The notes under the pieces were generated by a model. It worked only from the letters and a program-made list of their open reading frames with translations, was not told where the DNA came from and did not search any database. 48,237 nucleotides of DNA, from NCBI GenBank assembly GCA_052055015.1, contig JBQJIT010000032.1, one strand, 5' to 3'. The stretch comes from Malassezia furfur. Taxonomy: Eukaryota. The translations under genes were made by a program, and so were the position numbers. Positions 10,136 to 21,362 of this stretch are shown in pieces (position 1 is the stretch's first letter; each line of letters opens with the position of its first letter).

Positions 10136-12718
10136 TTAGGCGGTGGCCTTGGGCGCGTCTTCCGAGGGGGTCGACGCAGCGTCCGAGGGCGGCGTATCGG
10201 TGGTGTAGGTGCTCTCGAGCGCGGCCGACACCGCGCCCGACACGTCGAGATGGAAGAAGGGTGTCAACTCGTTGTTCCACAGCACCGGCACATTGATGTT
10301 GGCCGAGTGGTCCAGCGAGTTGGCGTCGTTCGAGGGTTTGCCGCTGAACTCGCTGTACGAGTTCTTCAGCTCCTCCTCGCACTGCATCTCGGTGCGGATG
10401 CGTGGCTGTGCCTCGATGTCGTCGCTGGGCGGGCGCTTGGTCGCGTCGGGGAAGCCGTTGTCGTCATCTTCGGCAAACTTGACGCCCTTGGGCGGTGGGC
10501 GGTAGCGGCCCACCTCGCGCGGGTCGCCGACGGCGCCCTCGGGGACCACCGCAGCGAGCTCGCGCACGTGGCGGCGGATCGAACCCGTGCCAAAGTCGCC
10601 AGCAAGCAGCGCACGCCGAATCCACGGGCTGAGGATCTGTGCAAAGTGGAACACGACGCGGTGCCCGCTGTAGATCTCCACGGCGTTGCGCAGGTCCACG
10701 AGGACCTGCACCGAGGTCGTATCGACGTTGCCCACCGAGCCAAAGTCAAGCACAATGGCGCGCAGGTGCGGGCGCGTGTCGTGCGCAAACGCATGCACAT
10801 CTTGGCAATGCGACTCGTCGACCGACTTGGCGTCGGGGTGGCGCTTGTAGTAGAAACTCATGGCACGCCACGCCTTGATCACCAACGGGTTTGGCGGGCC
10901 CGGGTCGTTCCACGGGCGGTCGCCCGCGCGCACCGAGTTGATCGCCTTGCCTGGCCGCGTCTCGGCCTTGACCTTGTCGAGGATCACGTCCGACATACGC
11001 GACGCGTTGGGGTAGGTGAATGACTCCTCCACACGGTACACCAAAATGCCGGGCGGTGGCGGGCGAATGACCACCGACGGATCGCGCATGCGGTCGTTGT
11101 TGTCCATCGGCACATACACGTCGCGCAGCTGCCGTGTGCTGACTACGCCGTCGTTCTCGTGCTGGACGTGCACCACGCCGAGGAAGTGGCCACGGGGGTG
11201 CGCAATGCGCACCAGCAGCAGCGCCGCCGATAGACACACGGACACGTATACACCGTAGTCCACGCTCGAGAAGATAGTCACCACCACGGCCGCCACAAAG
11301 ATAAGCAGCTCCAGCGGGTTCATCAGCCAGAACTTGTACAGCAGCGCCGGTGGCGCAATGAGGTCGCCGACGGCGTGGATAATGACGGCCGACAGTGCCG
11401 CGTTGGGAATCCAGTAGAAGACGCCCGACAGCGCGTAGATCGCAATCAGCACCACAATCGCCGTAACCCAGCCGGCAATCGGCGTGCGCACACCCGACTT
11501 GGACTTGATTGCGGAGCGCGAGAAGGAGCCGGTGGCCGCATAGCCACCAAAGCAAGGGCCCACCATGTTGGTAACGCCGATCGCGATCAGCTCTTGGTTC
11601 GGGTTGATCTTGTAGTTGTTCACGCGCCCAAACGATTTGGAGATGGCAATGTGTTCAAGCAGCAGCACAATCACCGACGCAGGCAGCTCCGGGCCCAGCG
11701 CAGACAGCAAGCCCTGGTCAAGCACTGGTTGGCCCATGTGCTTAAAACCACGCGGGACGTGGAGAATGAGGCTGATGGGATACTTCTTCTCATCGTGGTA
11801 CTGCGTGCCGACCCACGCGCGGCTCGCAGCGGTGAGGATGATGATCACGAATGCGCTGCGCATCACCGACACAAAGAACGCCGTGCGGGCGTGCCGCGGG
11901 TAGCGCTTGGCGATCCAGTTGCACAGCCAGCGCACGAAGTAGAGGAAAACGAGCGCGGTGACACCAAACGCGGCATCTGTCTTGGCCGACGGCAGCCTGC
12001 GGAAAAAGTTGATCACGATGCGGTACATGGGATCGTGCGAGTTCACCTTGGTCTCGCCGAGTAGCTTGGGCAGCTGGCCCGCCAAGATGGTCAACGCCGA
12101 GCCCGTCATGAAGCCGCTCACGGCAGGGGCAGGAATGAATTCCACAATCCAGCCGAGGCGCAGCAGACCGATTCCGAGCGTAATCACGCCGCACAGGAAG
12201 GCCAGCGCCATCGCGATGATCTCGGGATGGTCCGTGTATTGCCGGCCCGCGTCCGTGTCGAGCACATGGCTGATCGCGTTGTGGGTCTGGAGCGACATGA
12301 CCGCCACAGGACCGATCGTCACGTCCTTCGAGGTGGCAAACAAGGCATAGATCACCACACCCACAAACGACGCGTACAGACCAAACTCGGGCTTGAGGCC
12401 CGCAACGATGGCGTACGACATCGACTGCGGCACCACCACAAGACCCACCGTGATGCCCGAGATGAGGTCCCCCACACCCCAAGTAAGGTTGTACGAGAGA
12501 ATCCAGCGACGGAAGGGGAAGAGCCCCTCGATGTAGTCCAGTGTGCCCTGCCATGGGTTCTGGTAGTGCTTGCGCGCAAAGTCCCCTACACTCACCATGG
12601 GCACGCCCAACCGGTTCGCCTCGGTATCGTCATACCGAACCACCTTCTTCCCAAACGCCTTGGCCTTCTGCCAGAAACTGGCGCGCTCAGGCGTCTCGCC
12701 GATACTGGTCGGCTCCAT
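10136..12718 (-). CDS. SulP/SLC26 sulfate permease with STAS domain (Sul1/Sul2-like)
   Basis: GDLISGITVGLVVVPQSMSYA, GLYASF, ATSKDVTIGPVAVMS, NQELIAIG, GSFSRSAI and the STAS motif IVLDFGSVGNVDTTSVQ. The start is placed at the first in-frame ATG (MEPT). Confidence 0.93.
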   Translation of the reverse strand: MEPTSIGETPERASFWQKAKAFGKKVVRYDDTEANRLGVPMVSVGDFARKHYQNPWQGTLDYIEGLFPFRRWILSYNLTWGVGDLISGITVGLVVVPQSMSYAIVAGLKPEFGLYASFVGVVIYALFATSKDVTIGPVAVMSLQTHNAISHVLDTDAGRQYTDHPEIIAMALAFLCGVITLGIGLLRLGWIVEFIPAPAVSGFMTGSALTILAGQLPKLLGETKVNSHDPMYRIVINFFRRLPSAKTDAAFGVTALVFLYFVRWLCNWIAKRYPRHARTAFFVSVMRSAFVIIILTAASRAWVGTQYHDEKKYPISLILHVPRGFKHMGQPVLDQGLLSALGPELPASVIVLLLEHIAISKSFGRVNNYKINPNQELIAIGVTNMVGPCFGGYAATGSFSRSAIKSKSGVRTPIAGWVTAIVVLIAIYALSGVFYWIPNAALSAVIIHAVGDLIAPPALLYKFWLMNPLELLIFVAAVVVTIFSSVDYGVYVSVCLSAALLLVRIAHPRGHFLGVVHVQHENDGVVSTRQLRDVYVPMDNNDRMRDPSVVIRPPPPGILVYRVEESFTYPNASRMSDVILDKVKAETRPGKAINSVRAGDRPWNDPGPPNPLVIKAWRAMSFYYKRHPDAKSVDESHCQDVHAFAHDTRPHLRAIVLDFGSVGNVDTTSVQVLVDLRNAVEIYSGHRVVFHFAQILSPWIRRALLAGDFGTGSIRRHVRELAAVVPEGAVGDPREVGRYRPPPKGVKFAEDDDNGFPDATKRPPSDDIEAQPRIRTEMQCEEELKNSYSEFSGKPSNDANSLDHSANINVPVLWNNELTPFFHLDVSGAVSAALESTYTTDTPPSDAASTPSEDAPKATA

Positions 12719-13047
12719 AGCTGGATGAAGGAGGTGAGGTACCCTGGGGAAAGAAACTAGCACTGGGCTTAAGTGAAGCGCGCAGACGCATGCCCAGAAG
12801 CCCCCTTCGCCCGGATCACCTCATGGCTGCTTGCCTGACATCTTTTTGCGAGCAGAGCACGCAATACCTGCACAATATTTCCGTACGTGGAGGTCACCGC
12901 GGCGTACCCACGTGCGGACCCGAATTTCTCAATCTCTCGGCGGTGCGATGCCCACGGTGGCGCGGCGCGCCCTAGCGCCGAGGCCCACGTGGGTCCGCGT
13001 GCGCACGAGACGCGTCGAGACTAACACTCCTCAATTCACGCGACGCG

Positions 13048-15992
13048 ATGGCCGAGCGCGCGCTGTTCGACGGGGTCCGCTACGTGTTGGCGGATACGCT
13101 GTCGAAGCACCAGACAGAAGAAGTACGCATGATGCCTTACCAAGCTCCAAACCCTGCTCAATGAGCACGGCGCCGAGCCCGCGGCGGCCGCTGACGACCG
13201 CATTGCGTTCGAGGCCAACGCCACGCACGTCATCACCGAGTCGCTTTGCGCGCAGACACGCTGGTGCCAGTCACTAGCAGATGCACAATCCACACGAGAC
13301 CCACACGAAGTGTGCGCCGTGACGGTACGTGCGCCGCCGCTGACCACAGCCGCTGTGGGTGACGCGCTCCGTCGCGCTCCACCACATGCAGCCCGAGGGG
13401 CTGTACTCGCCCAACCCCACGCGCCTCTTTTCGGGGGTCGTAGTGAGCTGTGCAGGCCTTACGCCACACGACCAGGAGATGATCGCGGCGGCGGTCGAGT
13501 CGCTGGGCGGCGCCGTGAAACAGACGCTGTGCGAAGAAGTGACGCACCTCGTCGCAACGTCGCGCGACACGCCCAAAGTGCATGCGCTCGAGGGGCGCCC
13601 CGACATTGCGATCGAGGTCGTCGCACCACACTGGGTCAACGATAGCTTCCGGCTGAACCGGCGTCTGCCGCTGCGTGACTACGTCTTTGACCTGCGCAAG
13701 CCCAATGCCCTGCCCGTGTGTCTGCGCGCGTCGTGGGACCGGCCACAAGAACGCGCGTCGTCACCGTCCTCGTCGTCCGTCGACGAAGGCGCGGCGGTGC
13801 TTGCGGGCAAGAAGGTGCTGTTCGCGCGCGACATCCACGGCGGCGCGCTCGAGGCACATCCCGAGCTTCACTCGCTCCGCGACCGCGTCGAGGCACGTGC
13901 CACCGGCCGCCTCGACGCGGTCGCCGAGGGGTCCGACGACGCAGCGGTCGAGGCAGCCGTCGCGGCCGCCGACCTAGTCGTTGCGCGCTACCGCGAGAGC
14001 CGTGAGTTTGGTGCGGCGATGCGGCAGGACGTCACGGTCGGTACCCTGCCGTGGCTCGTGCACATCCTGTCCAAGGGGCGGATGGTCTCGCCGCGCGACC
14101 GCCTGCTGTACTTCCCGTACCCGCGCAAGCCGGTACCCGGCTTCGACCGGCTGACGGTGACCATCACCAACTACTCGGGCGCCGCGCGGTCCTACCTCAA
14201 GGAGCTCATCGCCAAGATGGGCGGCACTTTTACCCCGCACATGACACCGTCGCACGACGTGTGCATTGCGCTCGAACTCGTTGGCGAGAAGGTGAACAAG
14301 GCACGCGAGTGGAACATCCCGGTGGTCAACCACCTGTGGCTCGAGCAGTGCTTCGCGACGTGGACGAACCAAACGCTAGCCCAGACGCAATTCCTCACGT
14401 TCCCCGGCGCCGCGCAGCTCAAAGCGGTCGTGGGTCGCGCAAGTGTGCCGGACGCAAGCTTGCAGGCCTACCTGCGACCTGCTCCGAAAGAGGCGGCGCC
14501 CACGCACTCCCAGGCGACACCCGAGGCAGAAGGCGCCGCACCGCCCGCCGCACCCGCCGCACCGGCCGAGTCGCGTGCGGAAGAGGCCGCATCGGATGTG
14601 CGTGTGGCACCGGCTGCGCCGGAGGCTGCTGCCGAACAGGATACCCCGCTGAATCATACCCCTCAGCATACGCACATGGACCCCATGGTCGACGAGACGG
14701 TGTACATACAGGGCGACCGCGAGGCGGAGCCAAACGTGAGCGCTGACGAAGTGGCGGAAGAACCGCAAGAAACAGAGCCGCTGCGTGAGACGGACGAGGC
14801 ACACGAAGTGGCGCACGACGTGGCGCCGGAGGCCGACGGGGCACAAGAGCCCAAAGAGGGACAGGTGCCCGAAGAGGCCCAGCCCGAAGAGGCCCAGCCT
14901 GAAGAGGCCCAGCCCGAAGAGGCCCAGCCCGAAGAGGCCCAGCCTGAAGAGGCCCAGCCTGAAGAGGCCCAGCCCGAAGAGGCCCAGCGCGTCGATGCGG
15001 CGCTGGAGAGCGCTGTGGCACAAGACCGTGGTGTGCTGGCGGATGATGCTACGACCCAAAAGGACGACCCCGCGACGCCCAACGAGCACGCTGCACCGGT
15101 GCACACGCCCGAAGCAAATGGCGACGCCAGCACCGACGACGCTGCAGCAGGAGCTCCTGCGCCCGAGGCGCCCGACGCCGATTCCACGGCACCTGCCGAT
15201 GAAGCTTCCGAGGCGCCGCCGACCGCACCACCGCCAGCCACCTCGGCGGCGCTCAGTGACGACCAACTTGCCGAGGCCGAGTTGGGCATTGCGCCGCCTC
15301 CCACGAAGCGCAAGTCGGACCACGACATGCCGCGGACGCCGCTGTCGGCGCGCAAGCGCAAGCGCGAAGTGTGCCTGGCAACGACTTCGGTCGAGCTCAA
15401 GCCGAGCACGCTGGCGGTGCTCGATGCGCTGCATGTGCGCCGCGTCGACGATGTGGCCGAAGCGACGCACCTCGTCGCCAAAGGGCTGACGCGCACCGAG
15501 AAGATGCTGTGCGCCATTGCGCTTGGCACCGTCCAGGTGGTGTCGGTCGACTGGCTGAAAGAGGTTGTGCGCCGCAAGCAGCTCGTCGACACGGCGCCCT
15601 ATGCGCTGCACGACGCAGAAAAAGAGGCCAAGTGGTCGATGCGGCTGTCAGATGCGCTGGCACACAGCGCGGCGCATCCCGGTGCTCTACTGCAGGGCCA
15701 CACCTTCTACGTGAGCCGTAGTGTGCAGCCGAGCCGCGACGTGCTGCAGCGCGTCATTGAGGCGGCGGGCGGCCACGTCTTGCCGCTGTCGAGCGCAACG
15801 GCGCGCAGTGTGGCACAGGCGCAGCACCACGTCCTGGGTGCGCGCGAGGACCGTAAAGCGCTCCAGACGCTGCGCGACCAGGCGGCCAAGCACGGCACGC
15901 CCGACCTGCGCATCTGGACACCGGAGCTGATCCTCGTCGGGGTGCTGCGGCAAGCGATGCAGTGGGACGAGCAGTATGCGTTGCCCCTCTAA
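13048..15992 (+). CDS. Multi-BRCT DNA-damage scaffold (Rtt107/Brc1-like)
   Basis: N-terminal BRCT repeats (LFDG...THVI...WV; THLV...PHWVNDS; ITNYSGAARSYL...VVNHLWLEQC), an acidic linker and a C-terminal BRCT pair (THLVAKGLTRTEKMLCA). Introns 13123-13144 and 13325-13349 extend the ORF to ATG 13048. Confidence 0.85.
14868..14987 (+). repeat. 15-bp coding minisatellite x8, (CCY GAA GAG GCC CAG)8 = (PEEAQ)8
   Basis: Directly visible. Units differ only at CCC/CCT. Confidence 0.97.
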
Positions 15993-15996
15993 GTAG

Positions 15997-18630
15997 CTAC
16001 AAGGTAATCTGCGCCGCATCGAGGTTGAGCGCGTGGAGGAGCAGGTTGACGTTGTGGATGCGCACGTCCTCCTCGCGCTTGGCGCCCTTGCTCTTGGCCT
16101 CGTTCGCGGCAATGATCGTCGAAAGGATCTTTTCACGCAGCTCCTGGACAAGCACCTGCTGCTGGTTCAGGTCCGAGTGGATCGCAAACAGCGCCATCAG
16201 GTTCCACACAGGCTCGTCCTCGGCATCGACGTCGAAGTGCGACTTCTCCTTGCGCGCCGCACTGGCGAGGTATACGTCGACGCCAAACGGCAGCGCCGCC
16301 TGCACGCGCGTCGAGGGGAACAGCTGCGGGAGCTGCGCATGCGCCGCAAGGCGGTCCAGCAGCACGTTGAACACGTTGCTCCACTGCTGCACCTCGTCCG
16401 CGGTCGGCGCCGCATCGCCGAGCGCGACAGGCGCCGACGCCGCCTGCCGCAGCGTCTCGGCGCGCGACAGGAGCACGGTGAGCACAGACACACCCGGCCG
16501 CGTCTTGGCGACAAACACAATGTCGTTGCGCTCCATCAGGAGCGCCAGCATCCCGCTGACGATGCGCAGCGGCGCCTGGTTGATCAGCGAGATCATGTTG
16601 AACAGAACCGAGTTGCCGAACGCCTCGATCCCACGCCCGATTTCGGCCGCCTGCACCGCCGTGAGGCGCGCAGGCCCCGCGTGCGGCAGCGACTCGAGCG
16701 CCTGGTACTGCTCCCACGCCGCATAGTTGCGCACCGCATCCAGCGACGAGAAGGAGGCAATGAGCATCGTCAGCGTCGTCAGGCCCTGCTCGGCATCGAG
16801 CAGGCGCAGCGCACGAGGCAGCAGCCGCTTGCCCTTGACGTGGTTGAGCAGCGAGACAAACGGATGGGGGTCCGACACCTCGAGCGGCTCGAGGACACGC
16901 AGCTCGCTCCAGAGCGTCTCGGTGAGCTGCTTTTGCTCGTTGATCGCATCAAGGTCCGCGTCCGTCGTCGGCTCACGCCGCAGCTGCTCAAGACGCAGCA
17001 CAATCGCATACAGACGCTCGAGAATTGCCAGCGTCTCGCGGCGGCTCAGCGCCTGTTGCTTTTGCGAGCCGTGCGCACGGAGCGTCGCATCGTCGAGCGA
17101 CGCGCCCTGCAGCGCCACGCGCATCGCGTCCTCAGCAGAGCCCGACGAGGCCGCCGCAGCGTCCTTCGATGCGACGGGCGCCGAGGCATTGATGACCTGT
17201 AGGATCTGCCGCGGCTTGTTTGCCGAGCTCAGACTCACGCGGCCCAGCGTGCCGGTCAGCGACGAGACGTTGCCTTTGGCCTCGCGCTTCTTGCGGTTGT
17301 CCACCAACCGCTCGACCTGCTGCTGCATACGCAGCATTGCATTTTCGTGGCGCGTCAGCTTGCGCCGACCGCCCTTCTTTTCCTCGCCATGGCCGCTCTT
17401 GTGCTGCTCAATCGTCTCCACACTCGAGGCGTCGGGCAGCACAATGCGCCGACCACCGCCGCGCACCGCAAAGTAGACGTGCGCGTAAAAGTCGTCCGTG
17501 TAGGGATCGGGCGTCACCAAGTGACTGATCTGGATCCGCGTAATAAAGTCCTTGTCCGAACCCGTCATCAGGCCGTTGTATCGCGTGATGTTGGCGAGCT
17601 TCGCGGCCTTGGCACGCCGCTTCTCCTCAACCGCCTGGAACTGCTGCATACGGCCGGGCGCCGAAGAGAGCAGCACCTGGATCGCCGCTTGCTCCTCGCT
17701 CGTCGACACGTTCGGCTGCAGTAGCGCAGGGAACCGTGCCGCAATGTCCTCCAGCGACTCGAACTGGATCGGAGGAGGCAGCGACAGGATCGCTTCTTGC
17801 ACGGGCTTCGGGCAGGCCTCGAGCATCGCGCGCATCCGCGCAAGGTGCGCCGCCTGGGGGTTCGGCGGCGGTGCGGGCATCACTGGCGCCGCAGGCGCCA
17901 CAGGCGGGGTACCAGGCGCGGGCGATGCGCCCGGGGGCACAACGGCCGGCATCGACGGCACCCGCGCACCCGGCCGACCCGCGGGCACGGCAGGTGGCGC
18001 ACCTGCAAGGCCCGGAAGACAAGGCGGGGGAGCTGCTCGCATCGGTGGCACCGACGGTGACACAGCTGCCGGCGGCTGGGGGCGGCGCTGCGCACGCAGC
18101 TCGGCCTCGACCTCCTCGAGCGTCAGCGGCCGCGACGAGGCGGCCGGTGCCGCAGCCGGTGCAGGCACGGGCGCAGGCGCGGGCGCAGGCGCGGGAGCAG
18201 GCGCAGGCGCACGTTGTGCACGCAGCTCCGCCTCGACTTCGTCGAGCGTCTTGGACTGCTTCTCGGGCACAGCCGTGCGCGTCGACTCGGGGACAAACCC
18301 AGGCGTGCTCCAGAAGTCGTCAAAGGACGCCGCGAATGCGGACGCATTCCGGTCCGTCTTGCTCTGAGCAGGCGCAGTGCCATGACCAAAGTCGAAGTCC
18401 TTGCCTACCTCCTGTGCAAGAGCGCCAAACGTGTCTTCGTTGAAATCGTCGTTGGTTTCCTGGAGCTGGTCGCCGAGTCCATCGTAGGTATCCTGCCCCC
18501 ACGTGTACACCTCGACATCCTCCTGTGCACTCGCCGCGAGCGCACGCTCGATTTTGGCATTGAGGGCCGATTCTTCGTCCGGCGCGCCGCCCTTCTTCGG
18601 GAGGCTCGTATCGAACCCAAAGAAGGACAT
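15997..18630 (-). CDS. PAT1: mRNA decapping activator Pat1
   Basis: Starts MSFFGFDTSL, with NEDTFG and FDF motifs, a Pro-rich region, YNGLMTGSDKDFITRIQ and DPYTDDFY. Confidence 0.93.
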   Translation of the reverse strand: MSFFGFDTSLPKKGGAPDEESALNAKIERALAASAQEDVEVYTWGQDTYDGLGDQLQETNDDFNEDTFGALAQEVGKDFDFGHGTAPAQSKTDRNASAFAASFDDFWSTPGFVPESTRTAVPEKQSKTLDEVEAELRAQRAPAPAPAPAPAPAPVPAPAAAPAASSRPLTLEEVEAELRAQRRPQPPAAVSPSVPPMRAAPPPCLPGLAGAPPAVPAGRPGARVPSMPAVVPPGASPAPGTPPVAPAAPVMPAPPPNPQAAHLARMRAMLEACPKPVQEAILSLPPPIQFESLEDIAARFPALLQPNVSTSEEQAAIQVLLSSAPGRMQQFQAVEEKRRAKAAKLANITRYNGLMTGSDKDFITRIQISHLVTPDPYTDDFYAHVYFAVRGGGRRIVLPDASSVETIEQHKSGHGEEKKGGRRKLTRHENAMLRMQQQVERLVDNRKKREAKGNVSSLTGTLGRVSLSSANKPRQILQVINASAPVASKDAAAASSGSAEDAMRVALQGASLDDATLRAHGSQKQQALSRRETLAILERLYAIVLRLEQLRREPTTDADLDAINEQKQLTETLWSELRVLEPLEVSDPHPFVSLLNHVKGKRLLPRALRLLDAEQGLTTLTMLIASFSSLDAVRNYAAWEQYQALESLPHAGPARLTAVQAAEIGRGIEAFGNSVLFNMISLINQAPLRIVSGMLALLMERNDIVFVAKTRPGVSVLTVLLSRAETLRQAASAPVALGDAAPTADEVQQWSNVFNVLLDRLAAHAQLPQLFPSTRVQAALPFGVDVYLASAARKEKSHFDVDAEDEPVWNLMALFAIHSDLNQQQVLVQELREKILSTIIAANEAKSKGAKREEDVRIHNVNLLLHALNLDAAQITL
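18161..18210 (-). repeat. 6-bp degenerate repeat encoding a (Pro-Ala)n linker in Pat1
   Basis: GCAGGC/GCGGGC units on the + strand. Confidence 0.8.
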
Positions 18631-18650
18631 GGTCGGGAGGACGATACGCG

Positions 18651-18669
18651 CACGTGAAATCGCCACGTG
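18651..18669. promoter_or_regulatory. Tandem CACGTG E-boxes in the PAT1/SEC1 divergent promoter
   Basis: CACGTG at 18651 and 18664 within an 88-bp spacer. Confidence 0.55.
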
Positions 18670-18718
18670 ACCCCGCGAGCGGCCCCGGCGCACGCACCCG
18701 TGCAGGGACCATTCGGGG

Positions 18719-21338
18719 ATGCCGGCGAAGAGTCTGCAGACGCTGGTCAAGCAGCGTACGTGTGTAAGTGCTCACCACAGGCTATCTCCATGCCATACAG
18801 TCAGTGCAGCCTGCGACAAAATGGAAGAATTTGGTCGTGGACTCGCACACGATGCAGTACCTGTCGGCGGTGATGCGCATGTTCGACATTCTGGAACACA
18901 ACGTGACCAAGGTCGAGAACATTGAGAAACGCCGCGATCCGCAACCGCACATGGAGGCGGCCTACATTCTGTGTGCCACAACGCAGAACGTGGACCGTCT
19001 CATCAAAGAGATGAGCGGCGCCGGCAACGCGCCGCCACAGTACGCCGCGGCACATATCTTCTTCGTGGACGCGATCTCGGATGAACTCGTGGAGAAGCTC
19101 ACGTCGTCGCCCGCTGCACCGCGGATTAAGCAGCTCGTCGAGCTGTTCTTGAGCATGTGGCCCATCGAGTCGCAGGCGTTTGTGCTGAAGCAGCCGACGT
19201 CGCTCTTTGGCCTCTTTCAGCCGATGGAGGGGCCCTATGCACCGAGCCGCGACGAGGCGCTCGCCATGCTCCAGGACGAGCTGGATCTCGCGACTCAGAC
19301 GCTCGTCAACCTATGCATCACGTTCAACGAGAATCCGATCATTCGCTACCTGGCCGCGACGCCGACGCCGCTCGGGCCGCTGGCAGTCGCAGCGCAGGAG
19401 GATTCAGTCGACGGCCCCTCGCATATCCCGGCGCCAAAGAAGTCGACAGTGCCGGAGGACCGCATCCAGATTGGCGAGCACTTTACGAAACAGCTTGCGC
19501 TGCGTGTCCAGGCCGCGCTCGACGAGTACACCAAGGGCGGGCAGATGCTCGGCGAGCCCGGCCGGCCACAGGGGGTGCTGTTCATCACGGACCGCTCGAT
19601 GGATCTCTCCGCGCCCTTCCTGCATGAGTTCACGTACCAGGCGATGATCAACGACCTGCTCCCTATCGAGGACGGTGTGCGCTACAAACACTCCTACACC
19701 AATGCCGAGGGCGCGCGCGAAGAAACAATCGCGGAGCTCAGCGACGAGGACACCATTTACACGGCGATTCGGCACCTGCACATTGCCGAGGCGATCGCGT
19801 ACCTCTCGCGCGAGTTCAATGCGCACATGGGCGAGGCGAGTCAGTTCTCGGACAAGACGTCGATCGACGGCATGCGCGACATGTTGGCTTCGCTGCCACA
19901 CATGCAGTCCACCAAAGAAAAGCTTTCGCTGCACCTGTCGCTGGCGCAGCAGTGCATGGACCGCTTCGAGAAGAGCAAGCTCGCCGACCAGGCGATGGTC
20001 GAGCAGAACAGCGCGACCGGCGAAACCGCGCAGGGCGGCAAGCCGCGCAGCCTCGTCGAGGAGATGGTGCCGCTGCTCGACGACCCCCAGATCTCCAATG
20101 CCGACAAGGTGCGCATCATTGCGCTGTACATACTGTTCTGCGACGGTGTCCACGACGAGGACCGGCGGCGCCTCTTCCAGCACGCGCGGCTCGGCAACGG
20201 CGAGATGACCACGGTGAATAACCTCGTGCACCTCGGCGCGCGTATCGTGCGCGAGTCGCCGAGCTCGACGCTCGACGCCATCTTCCGCAAGCGCCGCAAG
20301 CAGCTCAAGCCGCGGAGCAGCTCCTCGGCGTACGACGTGAGCCGCTACCAGCCACTCATCCGCACCATGATCGAGGACCATGCGACGGGGCGCCTCGACC
20401 AAAGCATGTTCCCCTACGTGCGCGATGCGCCGCGCGAGTCGCTCGCCACCGGGTCGCTGTCGCCGCGCAGCATCTCGAGCTTTGGGAACAGCGCGACGGA
20501 CGTTGCGACCTCGATGCTGAACTCGGCGATCTACGCGACGGGCGGCAAAGACTCCCCGCTGGCGCGCGTCGGCCGCTTCGACGGCTCTTCGGGCCGCAGC
20601 GCGAGCGTGAGCGGCGCGAGCGGCGGCGGCGGCGCAAGCCTCCGGAGCGCCAAGCCCACGTGGCACCAAAAGGGCCGGTCGCAGTCCGTGGCGACGATCC
20701 AGACTGCCGGCGGCCTGCGTACGCCGCGCGGGTCGGTGTCGGCGGAGTCGAGCAATCCGACCGCCCAGCGCGTGCTTGTGTACATCGCGGGCGGCATGAC
20801 CTACTCGGAGATGCGCACCGCGTACGAGGTCGGCGCACGCAACCACACCGACGTGTACATCGGCTCGTCGAACATCTTCACGCCCAACGCATTTATGGAT
20901 GCGATGCGCGTCATGGGCACGTCGCGGCAGCCGCCGCCGCCTGGGATGCACGTCGCTGCGCGCCGCGCCGCCGAGGCTGAGCTCGAGGCGCGCAAGAAGC
21001 GGCCCGAGCCCACCAGCAAAAAGGGCGCCAAGCCGCCGCCGACCCCGTCGTACCCCCAGAACCTCCCCGCTCAGGCGCGCTACGATCTGCGCTACCAGAC
21101 AGAACCCGAACACGAAGCGCCCCCCGCGCCCCCCGCGTCCACCACCTCGGCGGCCGCCGCCGGTGCCCGCAAAATCAGCGCGACGCTCAACCCGCGCCGC
21201 AAGTCGGAACAGCTCGAGTCGCCGCAGCCGATCCCGGACGCGGCGCCTACGCAGCCGGGTGGGCAGCCCGCGGTGCCGCCGCGCAGCAAGTTGCGTGACA
21301 TGAGCAAGTTTAAGAACGCGTTCTCGTTCCGGAAGTAG
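18719..21338 (+). CDS. SEC1: Sec1/Munc18 SNARE regulator
   Basis: WKNLVVD, VENIEKRRDPQP, TDRSMDLSAPFLHEFTYQAM, SRYQP and YIAGGMTYSEMR. A 25-nt intron lies at 18756-18780. Confidence 0.93.
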
Positions 21339-21362
21339 GTAGGCGCTACGAGTAGGGTATAT

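Noticed and set aside
12721..12791. Upstream ATG (12791, -) plus a possible 22-nt intron (12721-12742) extending the sulfate permease by 17 aa
   Set aside because: The frame and length fit, but the donor GTACCT lacks +5 G and no conserved motif needs it; unresolved without RNA-seq.
14868..14987. CRISPR-like or mobile-element repeat
   Set aside because: Head-to-tail coding repeat with no spacers in a eukaryotic gene; no transposase or LTR in the window.
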